Below, piece after piece: positions 22,981 through 36,629 of a stretch of 64,000 bases of DNA. Every line of letters begins with the position of its first letter. Position 1 is the first letter of the stretch. The position numbers and the translations under genes were made by a program. A model generated the notes under the pieces. The model was not told where the DNA came from. It saw only the letters and a program-made list of their open reading frames with translations, and searched no databases. The stretch spans positions 62,622,001 to 62,686,000 of the forward strand of contig CM059438.1 in assembly GCA_030390025.1 (NCBI GenBank), in the 5' to 3' direction. The stretch is from Squalus acanthias. Its lineage: Eukaryota.

Positions 22981-25175
22981 GTGTACAGTCAACTACAGTA
23001 CTGTATACAGTCGTTTATAAGTTTTGTTTTACTGTTAAGTAATTAAAGAGTTATGGATTACCCTCAACTGGCAGTACTGTACTTAATCAAGCATCTTCCA
23101 CCATCCATTTAACACAATATTCTGTAGGTGAGTACCCAATTACTGTATACTGCACATTTCTTGATTTTTTAATTTTTGTTGCTTAAAAATAGCCTCGGTA
23201 GATAACCCTCTCCGTCATCCGGAATTTCTATTCAACCGGCACCACCCCGGTCCCGTCGGTGCCGGATACCAAAGAGTCTCCTGTATCTGCCAAAAGCCTC
23301 CCTTTTTTTCCTAATCCATTCTCGTATATCCCTTGACATCCAGGGTTCCCTGGGCTTCTTGGTCCCACTCTTGACCTTTACGAGAACATGTTGGCGTTGT
23401 ACTGTCTCTATTTCCTTTCTGAAAGACTCCCACTGCTCTGATGTGGAATTTCCGACAAGTAGCTGATCCCAGTCCACTTTGGCCAGATCCTGCCTTATCA
23501 TATTAAAATCGGCCTTCCCTCAATTTAGAACCTTTATTTCCAGTCCATCTTTGTCCTTTTCCATGACTACCTTAAATCTCACCGAATTATGGTCACTGTC
23601 ACCAAAATGCTCTCCTACTGACACTTCTACCACTTGCCCGGCTACATTCCCTAGAATTAGGTCCAGTACCGCCCCCTCTCTTGTAGGACTTTCTACATGC
23701 TGGCTCAAAAAGCTCTCCTGGATGCACTTTAAGAATTCCGCACCCTCCAAGCCTTTCACACTTTGACTATCCCAGTTAATATTGGGGAAGTTGAAATCCC
23801 CTACTATTATTACCCTATTATTTCTACACTTCTCTGAGATTTGTCTACATATCTGTTCTTCTCTCTCCCCCTGACTGTTTGGGGGCCTATAGTACACTCC
23901 CAGCAAAGTGCTTGCCCCCTTTTTCTTTTTAAGTTCTACCCATATGGCCTCATTAGAGGAACCTGCTAAGCTATCATCCCTCCTTACAGCAGTAATTAAC
24001 TCCTTGATTAATATTGCGACACCCCTCCTCTTTTACACCCCACTCTGTCTCGCCTGAAGATTCTATACCCCGGAATATTGAGCTGCCAGTCCTGCCCCTC
24101 CCTCAACCATGTCTCTGTGATAGCAACAATATCATACTCCCATGTGTTCATCAACACCTTCAATTCATCTGCCTTACTTGCAAGACACCTTGCATTAAAA
24201 TAAATGCCATCCAGCCTTGCCATACTCCCTTGTGCCGTTACATATTTGCTCTGCCTTCCAGGCTGACTTGTTTTTTCCTCTATATTTGGCTGTGCATCAC
24301 CCCCTAGTATAGCTCCACTCCGTATCCCATCCCCTTGCCAAGTTAGTTTAAACCCCCCCCAACAGTACAAGCAAACCTCCCCGCAAGGATGTCAGTCCCG
24401 TTCCGGTTCAGGTGCAACCCGTTCGACTTGTACAGGTCCCACCTTCCCCAGAAGCAGACCCAGTGATCCAGGAAACTAAAGCCCTCCCTCCTGCACCAAC
24501 TCTTTAGCCACGCATTCATCTGCTCTATCCGCCTATTCCTATACTGACTAGCACGTGGCACCGGGAGTAATCCAGAGATTACAACCTTTGAGGTTCTACT
24601 TTTTAATCTGCTACCTAGCTCCCTAAATTCTTGTTGCAGGACCTCATCCTTCTTTCTACCCGTGTCGTTGGTACCAATGTGAACCACGACCTCTGACTGT
24701 TCGCCCTTCCCCTTCAGAACCCTGGCCAATTCCCCTTTACATAGAATTACATCGAATGTACAGCACAGAAACAGGCCATTTGGCCCAACTGGCCCGTGCT
24801 GCTGTTTATGCTCCATACGATAACACGGGAGGTTTTATCTACTGCCACTCCTCTTCATCTAACCCTATTAGCATAAACTTCTATTCCTTTCTCCCTCATG
24901 TGTTTATCTAGCTTCCCCTTAAATACAGACGATATTATGCCCTCGCAGCATAGAACCTCTCATGCCCTGAGGAGTATTTGATTGTCTGAATCTATTTCTA
25001 TTCCTGTACCCTTAATCGGACTTATTTAAAATGAGGTATTATGTTATATACATTAAGGCATCTGTTAGAAGTTATGGTCAAACGCTCTGATTTCTTGATT
25101 TGATATATATGTGGAATGGCAGGACTCAGAATGCAGACACCACCACAGTTGACAATGAAAGGGAAGGTGAGGTAT

Positions 25176-26395
25176 CATAGCATCATATTATAGTACAGCA
25201 CAGAAGGAGGCCATTGGTAGAGCTGTCCAATTAATGCCACTCCCCCGCTCTTTCCCCATAGCTCCGTATTTTTTTCCCCTTCAAGTATTTGTCCAATTCC
25301 CTTTTTGTAAGTTACTATTGAATCAGCTTCCACCACCCCTTCAGCCAGTGCATTCCGGATCATAACAACCCGCTGCGTAAAGGAATGTTTTTGCATGTCG
25401 CCTCTGGTTCTTTTGACAATTAACCTTACATCTGCGTCCTCTGGTTACCGACCCTTCTGCCACTGGAAACAGTTTCTCCTTGTTTACTCTATCAAAACCG
25501 TTCAAGATTTGAACACCTCCATCAAATCTCCTCTTAACCTTCTCTGCTCTAAGGACCATTCACCACTACTCTCAGTTTTCTGTCTCTTAGCCAACACTAC
25601 TATTATCCCTTTAATCCCATGGGCTTTAATTTTGGTAATGAGTCTATTGTGTGGTATTTTATCAAATGCTTTTTGAAAGTCCATATACACAACATCTACC
25701 GCACTACCCTTGCCAACGCTTTCCATTACTTCACCAAAAAACTCCATCAACTTAGTCAAACATGATTTTCCTTTAACAACTCTTTTCCAAATGCCAATTA
25801 ATTTTGTCCTGGATTATTGTCACTAAAAGTTTCCCCACCACCAACGTTAGACTGACTGGCCTGTAGTTACCGGGTTTATCTCTCTCCCCCTTTTTGAACA
25901 GAGGAGTTACATTTGCAATCCTCCAGTCCTCTGGCACCATCCCCATATCTAAAGAGGATTGGAAGGTTGTGGCCAGAGCCTCTGTAATTTCCACCCTTAC
26001 TTCCCTCAGTAAACTAGGATGTATCCCATCCGAACCAGGTGACTTTTATACTTTGAGTACTGCCAACCTTTTAAGTACCTCCTCTTTATCTACTTTTATC
26101 CTATCTAACATCGCTACTACCTCCTCCTTCACTGGTACATTGGCAGCATCCTCTTCTCTAGTGAAGACTGATGTGAAGTTTTAATTTAGTATTTCAGCCA
26201 TACCCTCTGCCTCCACAAGAAAATCTCCTTTTTTGTCCGTAATTGGCCCCATCCTTCCTTTGACTACCCTTTTATTATTTATGTGTTTATAAAAGACTTT
26301 CGGGTTCCCTTTTATGTTAGCCACTAATCTATTCCCATTCTCTTTTTGCCCCTCTTATTCCCTTCTTTAGATCTCCTCTGTACTTCCTGTATTCA
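25176..26395 (-). mobile_element. Old CR1 fragment with an internal deletion
   Basis: WRIANVTPLFKKG...NYRPVSL; DFQKAFDK joined directly to LEQRRLRGDL. Confidence 0.85.
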
Positions 26396-26434
26396 GGTAA
26401 ATCAGAAAGTCATGATTAGATGACATAACACTTG

Positions 26435-27329
26435 GGGGAAAAAATTCAGTTGGCTGCGCCTCCCGTTAGCGCCTTAAGAGGGCGCTAATGGGGCGCAAAG
26501 CAGCTAGCGCCCGGGCGCAGCGATGTTTGCGCCGCTCGCGAACTTAACTAGACATTTTGCGGCGGCGCTAAACACTACCGCCACGATCTCCTGCGCCGGC
26601 AGATCGTGACGTCAGTCGAGTGTGCAACGCCCCGGTATCGCCCCGGAGCGGATATTGAGTGGCGCCCCCTGCCTTACCGCCTGACGCTAGCAACGACAGG
26701 TTGAGGGGGGCGTTCTGCAGTCATGAAGGGACTGGGGGAGCGCTATTTAAAGGTGACCGCTTCCTGCCTTTTATTCTTGGTGCCATTTTTGAACTACGCA
26801 TTCTGAGAGAGAGAGAGAGAGAGACATCTGGAGAGATTCAACGTTGTGTGAAGGAGTTTTGGGTACTGAGCTGCACTTTGCAGGTTCATTTTGATTTGCC
26901 ATTCCTTGTATCGATTTAGAAGAGACTGTTGGGGCTGCACTCTAAGCTCTTTCCCTGGTACTCTCCATTGTTCTTTCCAGCAGATTTGATGTGCAGGTCT
27001 CTCCAGGCCGGGATTCAAGGCTGCAATGAACAGGATGTGGATGGAAAGCAAGATCAACCATCCCCTTTAAGAACTGGCCGGTGCCATTGAGTGTGTGTTC
27101 CATTGCTGACTAACATCACATGAGCTTCGCCAGCGCTCTGAGTTAGCGCCTCGCTCCTCGGCCTTTGCGCCTTAAGACAGGTGTGAAGCGCCTGATTTAG
27201 CGCTCCAATCACCTCAGGGGCCGATAAAAGTGAAGTTTGCAGTCAGTGGCGATAATTAGCGCCAGGCGCTAATTTTTGCGCCCGGACGATATTTGCGCCC
27301 CAAATGGGGCGCGACTGAATTTTTCCCCC
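26435..27329. mobile_element. Harbinger-type non-autonomous element (895 bp), 3-bp TSD TTG
   Basis: TIRs GGGGAAAAAATTCAGT / ACTGAATTTTTCCCCC, GCGCC-rich subterminal repeats, TTG on both sides. The superfamily is inferred from GGG termini plus a 3-bp TSD. Confidence 0.7.
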
Positions 27330-29182
27330 TTGGACTTTAACAGGAAAGGCTGATGGCAGTCAAGGAGTTCCAGAGTTTTGAGATTCTGGGAATGATTAAG
27401 TTAGAGTCGGATGAGTCTTGGTTTCAACACCGTGAGTGTGTAGGAATGAGGAACAGTGTAGATGAAAGATCGACACAAACAACAAAACGGAACAGTAGCT
27501 TGTGACCAGGAAGATTGAAAATATTCCCACAGGATTCACAGCAGAGATGCTTCTTCTAAATTATTTTACACAACATGAAGTATCCATGGTTCACAATTAC
27601 AATTATATTCATACCATTGAAACAAAGGTGATTGTAGTTACACTAATCCAGGAGGCATTGAACGAGGAAAGGAATTTAGCAATGGTTTACACAAATAGTC
27701 AACATCACTTAAAAGAGCACTCCAGGCTGGAGGTTCAGATTTCATTAGACAAGACTTAGAAGTTGATGCTATGAGCCTGTTTTACATCACTTGCAGGTTT
27801 TGCTATCTGTTTGGCACTAAAAAGAATTACTTTGCAAACTGTAAGTCATCGGGGTGCAGTCACTAAGAAACACAAACAAATGGCAAGGCTGACGGAGACC
27901 GTAGGCCAGTCTAGTCTGTATTCCTGCTATCTTAGCAGTTGTAACCAATAATGTGTTTCCTTTCAAGGTACTTGTCCAGTTTGATCTCGATGAAATGTTA
28001 TCTACTTGTCCCGACAACTTTTTTTGGCCAGCTATTCCAACAAAAAAAAAACAACAATCCTCTCAGTGAAGTAATGCTTCCTTACATTTCTCTCAGCTTA
28101 TACTTGTGTCTCCTTGTTATACTGTCTTACAACAAATCAAATAGCTTTGACTGATCTGAGACTTATATACTGGAAAACTTCAATAATATTCCTCCCTCAG
28201 TTCTAGCCCCTCCAGTGAGAACATTCCCAGTTCTGTTAGTCTATCCTCGTATATTTTATTCTCTAGGCTCCTAATTATTCTATTGTCTCTTCAATGTACC
28301 TTTCCCAACTCGGCTGTATTCTTTCTGCAGTGAGGGTTCTGGGGCCGCACACAATACTCCAGGTGTGGTTTGACCAATGCACTGTGTAGTTGCATACCTC
28401 GCCTGAAATAGCTTCCACAAAATGGCTGCCAGATCATATGTCAACACTTTATAGTTGCTTGCTGTGCGTCTGATTTCCAGGGAAATTGCACAGCGATTGG
28501 GAATCCCTGTTGTTTTAAGCACATATCTGCAGTCCAGATTGAATCACTGCAATCAGTGCTCTCCATCCTACCCTGTGGCTGCTTCTGAAAACTGACTTGA
28601 AAGCTTCCCGCATGCAGTGCCAATGTCACCTCTTGGATATCTGTTGGTTTGACTTGGTCCAAGATGCAGATGTCATCTGAAAACCCAGGCGACCTCACAT
28701 CAAAGTATGATTCATCCTGCCTTGCTTGACCAAGTGGCTCACCTTTAGCACTTGACGCCTGCCCATTAAACCCTTGCCTGTCGGTGTACTGTCCAGGCAT
28801 GGAGCTCACCCAGACATCCAGTGATCCAGTGGAGTTGCCCAAGAGGTTGAAGTCATCATATCTGGGGGCTTCAACATGTTGGAAAGATTTTGACCTGCTG
28901 GTATGTGACGTCCTAGCTACAATGATGTGCTGGACACATGGCGATGTTAAACGAGGCAACAAGCCTCTGCCACTTTTTTTCTTAGAGACTTGGGGTAAGG
29001 GAACAGTTGTGACTGGCCAATGGAATGGTTACAGTACCAGCCTGGCTAGGCTAGTTTGGGTAGACCCTGGACGGCATTGGAGATTGGCAAGTTTATTTCC
29101 TTGGCTGTGGGACTTGTGTAATGTTGGTTAAAAATGAGAAGTCGCACAACACCAGGTTATAGTCCAACAGATTTATTTAAAA

Positions 29183-29220
29183 TTACAAGCTTTCGGAGCT
29201 GTCGCCCCTTCGTCAGGCAA
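29183..29220 (-). ncRNA. Minimal type I hammerhead ribozyme motif (inverted arm)
   Basis: Reverse complement of 30636-30673. Confidence 0.75.
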
Positions 29221-30635
29221 AGGTACAGTGAGTGAATCTACAACATTACACCATATATAAACACAGACACTGCAGAGATACAATCTTTCAGGGAAGGTGT
29301 CCTTACATCAAAGACATACCAGAGCACAGCCAAGACAATGAGATGTGTCACAGGGGGTCCAACGTGTCAAATCCTGCTGTCTGCAGTTGTTTTTTTTTTT
29401 GGTTTTTTAAAAGTTTTTTTTTAAACTGGAAAGACAGACAACGATGTCGAGTCACGTTCTGTAGCGTGACATGAACCCGATATCCCTATTGAGGCCATCC
29501 TCATGGGTGCGGAACTTGGCTATCAGTTTCTGCTCGATGATTTTGCGTTGTCGTGTGTCTCGAAGGCCGCCTTGGAGAACGCTAACCCGCAGATCCGAGG
29601 CTGAATGTCCTTGATTGCTGAAGTGTTCCCCGACTGGGAGGTAGCAATCCTGCCTGGCGATTGTTGCGCGGTGTCCGTTCATACGTTGTCTCAGTGTCTG
29701 CATGGTCTCGCCGATGTACCATGCTCTGGGGCATCCTTTCCTGCAACGTATCAGGTAGACAACGTTGGCCGAGTCACATGAGTATGTACCATGTACCTGG
29801 TGGGTAGTGTTCTCACGTGTGATGACGGTATCTGTGTTCATGATCTGGCATGTCTTGCAGAGGTGCCACGCCTCCACTACTCGCCTTCAAGCAGCCGCCT
29901 AACCTCAAAAGTACCATCGTTCGCAGCAAATTACCCAGCTGTCAGGAGAACAGCGACCACGACACCACACAACCCTGCCACGGCAACCTCTGCAAGACAT
30001 GCCAGATCATGAACACAGATACCGTCATCACACGTGAGGACACTACCCACCAGGTACATGGTACATACTCATGTGACTCGGCCAACGTTGTCTACCTGAT
30101 ACGTTGCAGGAAAGGATGCCCCAGAGCATGGTACATCGGTGAGACCATGCAGACACTGAGACAACGTATGAACGGACACTGCGCAACAATCGCCAGGCAG
30201 GATTGCTACCTCCCAGTCGGGGAACACTTCAGCAATCAAGGACATTCAGCCTCGGATCTGCGGGTTAGCGTTCTCCAAGGCGGCCTTCGAGACACACGAC
30301 AACGCAAAATCATCGAGCAGAAACTGATAGCCAAGTTCCGCACCCATGAGGATGGCCTCAATAGGGATATCGGGTTCATGTCACGCTACAGAATGTGACT
30401 CGACATCGTTGTCTGTCTTCCCAGTTTAAAAAAAAACACTTAAAACCCCCCCCCCCCAAAAAAAACCAACTGCAGACAGCAGGATTTGACACGTTGGACC
30501 CCCTGTGACACATCTCATTGTCTTGGCTGTGCTCTGGTATGTCTTTGATGTAAGGACACCTTCCCTGAAAGATTGTATCTCTGCAGTGTCTGTGTTTATA
30601 TACGGTGTAATGTTGTAGATTCACTCACTGTACCT

Positions 30636-30673
30636 TTGCCTGACGAAGGGGCGACAGCTCCGAAAGCTTGTAA
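30636..30673 (+). ncRNA. Minimal type I hammerhead ribozyme motif
   Basis: TTGC-CTGACGA-A-GGGGC-GACA-GCTCC-GAAA-GC-TT-GTAA: conserved core, stem II, palindromic AGCT at stem III, stem I TTGC/GTAA. Confidence 0.78.
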
Positions 30674-31329
30674 TTTTAAATAAATCTGTTGGACTATAAC
30701 CTGGTGTTGTGCGACTTCTCATTTTTGTCCACCCCAGTCCAACACCGGCATCTCCGCATAATGTTGGTTAAGCCATGGCTGTTGAAACATATGTCTCAGA
30801 TAGATTGGCCATCCAATGTTGTGAAACTTTATATCGTTCCAGTTGACTGGGTGGCACCAAGATCTCATGATGTCTGCAATAAATACAGTGCAACTAGAAG
30901 CACCTGATCTTTATAAAATTGCTGCTCCAGTGCTATATTTTTTTAAAGATTATTGTTATACAGATGCTCCCACACGTCTCTCTTCTGGCCCGCTGCTTCT
31001 ATTTATCATACTACTGAGGTGGAACCTGGTATAAACTGCCTGTACGGCCTCTTTAGTTTAGCTCTTCTGGGGATGTTGACTCCTTTCTTGGATGGCTGCT
31101 GGGCACCCTCCAGTATCTCACCAATCTTCACTTGCGAGCCTAGACAGTAAAGCCCTGGGGTAGAGTCTCGTTCGACAGGAAGGCAGATTGGAGAATTAGG
31201 CTTGAAGGTCAGCTGTACACAACAACACTGACGCCTCTGTTATCTCCGCCATAACTGTGCTGCTGCACTTTCGACACCTCTTCTCCGTGAGATCCCAGAT
31301 GGTTTTACACCTCCATCAATGTCTCTGTC

Positions 31330-33050
31330 GTGACAGCCACCTCCACATCCTCCAATCCATGGGCCTTAAGGCTTGAACGCACGTGGCAAGCAACCAGCCT
31401 GGCTGTCCACTGCCATATCTAGATCAACCACCCATCTGACTCTGACATCATTTCCCTTCCGTGGCTGGATCTTCATGCAACCCAACATCATCCAGGAGAA
31501 CAAGAATCCCCTTCCCCACTTTAAACTGTCTCTTCCAAACTCCCTCGACAACACCCTGAATCTTTCCCTCAAATATTAAGCAAGAGGAGCTCCTGGACTT
31601 CTTAGTGTCCAAAAATCAAGGCATCTACTCAGTTGCCTCTGGCCCCTCCCTGCTTTAACCCTTAGCCATCACTTGTTGATTCCCATCCTAGCCCCAAAAC
31701 ACTCATACTCCACTGTTTCTCCCATATCTCCTGACCTCTTCTTACAATCCATGATTATCTCCAATGTCAGGTACAGAGCAGGCAGCCCATCCTCCACAGC
31801 CCCATGCTTGTCAAGATTAACAGCCTCTCTCTATCCACCACCCACTTCATTAAGAGGCGTTATTACCCCTCAAAAAAAGCACCCTGAGCCCCACCATCCT
31901 CTCCAATTAACACCCAGGCCTTTCTGTGCTGCAGGGATTCCCCAGGCTTCCTGCTGTAACTCCGACGGGAGACCAGCGGAACCCCGAGGGACAGGATGGA
32001 GACCCGGTGTAACTCAGGTAACTCCAGGTTTCCACCATTTCCCTTGGGGGTTCCACGATCTCCTGCTAGAGTTATGGCAGGAAACCGGGAGACTCCGCAC
32101 AGAATTTCATTATCCCTACCTCCAAACTTCCTGTCCAGGATGCGCCATCGCCTCATAACTCTGTACCTACTTCGATTTATTCAAAATCCTGCAATCTAAC
32201 TTCTGCCTTGCCCACAATAGTGAATCTGCACTGGTTAAAGTCACAAATAACATTGTGTGTGAAGTGATCATGGCTCATGGTCTCTTCTCGTCCTCCTCGA
32301 CCTCTTTGCTGCTTGATTGGTACTATCAACTATTCCATCACCCTCCATCAGCTCACCTCTATGGCACTGCTCTCTTCTGGTTCTACACATACTAGTTGCA
32401 TCATAGACATTACAGCGTAAATTCTTCAAAGGTGCACTCTCGGCACAGAGTTTTGCCTCCCTGAATCGCAAATCAAGACATAAGTCTGTCCTTGAAACCA
32501 TCAGTTGTTACCTCAGACGAAATCCAAAGCAAACAGCTTCCTCCTCATCATCCTATCCAGTAACACTCTCTTCCACCTCTGAGAGATTGCCTATTCCACT
32601 CCCTTCTCTCCCCACACTGTTGCTCATTCCCTAACCCACACCTTTATCACCTCAAGGCTCAATTTCTCCAATTCTTCCCTTGCTGGTCTCCCTGCTTTCA
32701 CTTTCTACAAACTACAACTCATTCGGAATGGCACAGATTGCGTCTTCACCCGTGCTAAATCTCGTTTTCCCATTGTCCTCTCCGAGCTCCACGGGCTCCC
32801 CACACCATCTCATCTCTTGGTGATCTCCCCCATCCTCCCACAATGGTCTCCTCCCCAGCCACACACACACACACCATCAGCTCCTCAGGCGCTGACTTAC
32901 CCCTTGTTCCCAGCTCGTTCTGCTCCACCATCAGCGGCTGCTTCTTCGGTCACTCTGCTCCTGCCCTCTGGAACACCCTCGCTAACTCCAGTTGCCTTAC
33001 TACCTCCTAAAAGCCCTTCTGCTCCTACTAACTCTTCAATTGCCCCCCAT
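31330..33050 (+). mobile_element. Highly decayed L2-like fragments
   Basis: Remnants such as SALVKVTNNI, LVLLDL, HTFITSRLNFSNSSLAGLP and LWNTL. Boundaries approximate. Confidence 0.5.
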
Positions 33051-33694
33051 CCCCACCCGCCTTCTCTGTGCCCATTATTGTCCACTGTCTTGTCGGTATT
33101 TTGAAATATCTTTGTATACGCAAGTTATTCTCGTCTTTACTCTCCTTCTCTGGGAAAGTGCTGATCTCCGGGTGTGAATCTAAGGAATTGGAATGCGGGA
33201 GAACAGTTCCCTAATTAACCGGACTATATTTGAACAGCAATGTTTCACAACCATCATGTCGCGGGACTCAGAACCAATAACTTTCTTCAAGCACAGCAAA
33301 AATTACAGACAGACCGCATTTATTCGAGGTGTGACTATAAGAGTTTATTACTGGCAAGCGTGCTGCTCAACACTTCATGTTTACTCCCAAGTAACTCCAG
33401 ATAATCAATCTCCAACACTTATCAGGAGGCTCAACGGATATCCTTCCTCCCTGCACCAGAAGATTGAATACATTTGAAATGATTTTGTTTACTGGCGGTG
33501 AACCATCTTTTATTTCTCACCATTGCATGTTCCTTATTGTGCAGATGGACGGTTTGCAAACCATTGTTTCCTGCGATCCTCTATTTCTGGTAAATTGAGA
33601 AACCTTGACTTTCTCGACAGTGATTGACCACGCTTGTCGGTCCTCTGTTGCTGTTTTTCTGCGAAAAAAGGCATGTAGATGTATTGCTTCATTA

Positions 33695-34040
33695 ACAACA
33701 ACAACTTGGACATTTATATAGCGCCTTTAACGTAGTAAAACGTTCCAAGGCGCTTCACAGGAGCGTTATAAAACAAAAATTTGACACCAAGCCAGATAAG
33801 GAGATATTGGGGCAGATGACCAAAAGCTTGGTCGAAGAGGTAGGTTTTAAGGAGCGTCTTAAAAGAGGAAAGAGAGGCAGTGAGCCGGAGAGATTTAGGC
33901 AGGGAATTCCAGAGCTTAGGGCCTAGGCAACAGAAGGCACGGCCACCAGAGTTTTGGATGACCTCAAGTTTACGGAGGGTAGAATGAGGGAGGCTGGTCA
34001 GGAGTGCGTTGGAATGGTCAAGTCTAGAGGTAACAAAGGC
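33695..34040 (-). mobile_element. L2 3' end
   Basis: (AAC)n tail plus sequence matching 17148-17380. Confidence 0.75.
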
Positions 34041-34328
34041 AACAAAGACAAAGTCTAGAGGTAATTAAGGCAACTCATTCCCACTGAAGCACTGGTCTCC
34101 TCTTCAAGTGGTATTTTCTGCCCTCTACAGGCAGAGAGATTCCATTACACACAGCTCAAGTGCCTCACTTTCGCTTGTTAAGTGTGCTCAATTTGAATAA
34201 CTTTGACTATTTGAGCGTAGGAGTATCACAGCAATTTCTTTTTTAACTTTGTTCTCGGAATGTGGATGTCGCTGGCAAGGCCAGCATTTATCGCCCATCC
34301 CTAGTTGCCCTGAGAAGGTGGTGGTCAG

Positions 34329-34470
34329 CAATGTTCCCTCTAATTTGCGGTCTAAGTGCGTGGTCCCTTTAAATCTTCTGCATGGCCGCTGTGTGTGGTA
34401 TCTACCAGCGGCAGCAGCTGGTAAGCAACCTGCGCGGGACCTCTCGATTCGCACCTTAGGGGGAACATTG
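34329..34470. mobile_element. hAT-type MITE (142 bp) with perfect 8-bp TSD GTGGTCAG
   Basis: TIRs CAATGTTCCCTCTAA / TTAGGGGGAACATTG; TSD at 34321-34328 and 34471-34478. Confidence 0.88.
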
Positions 34471-34666
34471 GTGGTCAGCCTTCTCCTTGAACCACTGCAG
34501 TCCTTTGTGGTAATGGTGCTGTTAGGTAGGAAGTTCCAGGATGTTGACCCAGCGACAATGAAATAATGGCGATATATGTATAGGTCAGGGTGGTGTGTGA
34601 TTGGAGGAGAACTTGCTGTTGATGGTGTTCCCACAACATTGCTGCTCTTGTCTTTCTTGGTGATAG

Positions 34667-35730
34667 GAAACAGAGAGTAGGAATAAATGGGTCTTTTTCG
34701 GGGTGGCAGGCAGTGACTAGTGGGGTACCGCAGGGATCAGTGCTTGGGCCCCGCTATTCACAATATATATCAATGATTTGGATGAGGGAACCAAATGTTA
34801 TATTTCCAAGTTTGCTGATGACACAAAACTAAGTGGGATTGTGAGTTGTGAGGAGGATGCAAAGAGGCTTCAAGGCGATTTAGACAAGTTGAGTGAGTGG
34901 CAGATGCAATATAACGTGGATAAATGTGAAATTATCCACTTCGGTAGAAAAAACAGAAAGGCAGAGTATTATTTAAATGGTGATAGATTGGGAAATGTTG
35001 ATGTACAAAGGGACCTGGATGTCCTTGTACACCAGTCACTGAAAGCAAACATGCAGGTGCAGCAAGCAGTTAGGAAGGCAAATGCTATGTTGGCCTTCAT
35101 TGCAAGGGGATTTGAGTACAGGAGCAAGGATGTCTTACTACAGTTATACAGGGCCTTGGTGAGACCACACCTGGAGTACTGTGCGCAGTTTTGGTCTCCT
35201 TACCTAAGAAAGGATATACTTGCCATAGAGGGAGTGCAGCGAAGGTTCACCAGACTGATTCCTGGGATGGCAGGACTGTCGTATGAGGAGCGATTGGGTC
35301 AACTAGGCCTGTATCCACAAGAGTTTAGAAGAATGAGAGGGGATCTCATTGAAATGTATAAAATTCTGACAGGGCTAGACAGACTGGATGCAGGGAGGAT
35401 GTTTCCTCTGGCTGGGGGGGTCTAGAACGAGGGGTCACAGTCTCAGGATATGGGGTAGGACATTTAGGACTGAGATGAGGAGAAATTTCTTCACTCAGAG
35501 GGTGGTGAACCTGTGGAATTCTCGACCACAGAAGGCTGTGGAGGCCAAGTTACTGAATATATTTAAGAAGGAGATAGATAGATTTCTAGACACAAAAGGC
35601 ATCAAAGGGTATGGGGAGAGAGCGGGAATATGGTATTGAGATAGAGGATCAGCCATGATCATATTGAATGGTGGAGCAGGCTCTAAGGGCCGAATGGCCT
35701 ACTCCTGCTCCTATTTTTCTATGTTTCTAT
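34667..35730 (+). mobile_element. CR1 3' fragment, ATAG duplicated at both junctions
   Basis: [10 protein letters not shown]...LVRPHLEYC; TTTCTAT tail. Confidence 0.92.
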
Positions 35731-36629
35731 ATAGAGGGCGCAGGGGAGGGAGGTGCTGTTGAAGTAAAGTTGGTGAGTTGCTGCAGTGCATCTTATAGAT
35801 TGTACATACTGCATGCTCAATGGACTGGTGGTGAAGGAAAGAGGGTATTGAATTCAGTGCCAGGGGCACTGATCAAGCGAACTGCTCTGTCCTAGATGGT
35901 GCCAAGCCTTCTTGAGTGTTGTTGCAGCTGCACCCATCCAGGCAAGTGGTGCATATTCCATCACACTCCTGACATGAGTCTTGTAGATGGTGAATAGGCT
36001 TTGAAGGGTCAGGAGGTTCGTCACTTGTCACAGAGTACCCAGCCTCTGCCCTGCTCTTGTCGTCACAGTGTTGTTATGACTCCTCCAGTTAAGTGCCTGG
36101 TTACTGCTAACCCCAACCCGCACAAGATGTTGATAGCAGGGGATTTGGTAATGGTGGTATTGTTGAAGGTCAAGAGGAGATGGCTGGGCTTTCTCTTGCT
36201 TGAGATGGTTGTTACCTGACATGTGTAAGTCCAGGTCTGGGTGTTATCCAGGTGCTGCTATCGGCTGGTATGGGCTGCTTCATTATCAGAGGAGTTGGGA
36301 ATGAAGCTGAACACAAGAATCATCAGCGAGCAGCCCCACTCCTGCTGGAAGGAAGGTCTTTGATGAAGCAGCCGCTGAAGATGGTTGGGCCGAAGACACT
36401 TCCCTGAGGAACTCTAGCAGTGATGTGTGGGGGCTGCGGCAACTGACGTCCAACAGCCACAACCGTCTTCTTTTGTGTCTGATTCCAATCCTCTCCGCAC
36501 CCATGTCCACAGCTGTACACATCCAAGGAACAAGGTTAACAGAAATGTCTTCAAGCTGCTTGTTGTTAAATCATGAAATGCTTTGCCTCAAGGACTGTTT
36601 AAGGCAGTGACTATTGTACCTTTTAAGAG

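Larger units (their letters stand above)
20845..23283 (+). mobile_element. Complete Tigger/pogo DNA transposon (2439 bp) with TA TSD
   Basis: Left TIR CAGGAAACTCTC...GGCACC matches the reverse complement of the right end CAGGAGACTCTT...GGCACC. TA at 20843-20844 and 23284-23285. The host CR1 frame (EAFGRY|KGLKTV) rejoins across it. Confidence 0.93.
18765..24735 (-). mobile_element. Near full-length CR1 LINE (ORF1 SGNH esterase part plus APE-RT ORF2), disrupted by Tigger and a templated inversion
   Basis: ORF1 VVVHIGTND...GLHLN; ORF2 YFNAR...DIVAITETWL, YRPP, GDFN, SDH, FADD; 3' tail at 18765-18835. Confidence 0.93.
29132..30758 (+). mobile_element. Penelope-like element: GIY-YIG 3' region preceded by its own inverted copy (palindrome), 13-bp TSD
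   Basis: NVVYLIRC...YIGET..LRQRMNGH..GLNRD on both strands. Arms ~29130-29865 and ~29985-30726. TAATGTTGGTTAA at 29119-29131 and 30759-30771. Confidence 0.92.
34240..36460 (-). mobile_element. Old family B-related LINE 3' part, interrupted by a MITE and a CR1
   Basis: Reverse complement of the family B 3' end; VPQGSVFGPTIFS...LADD, TRAGQRLG. Confidence 0.75.

Noticed and set aside
28441..28962. 173-aa minus-strand ORF in apparently unique DNA
   Set aside because: No recognisable domain or convincing splice sites; cannot be assigned without a search.
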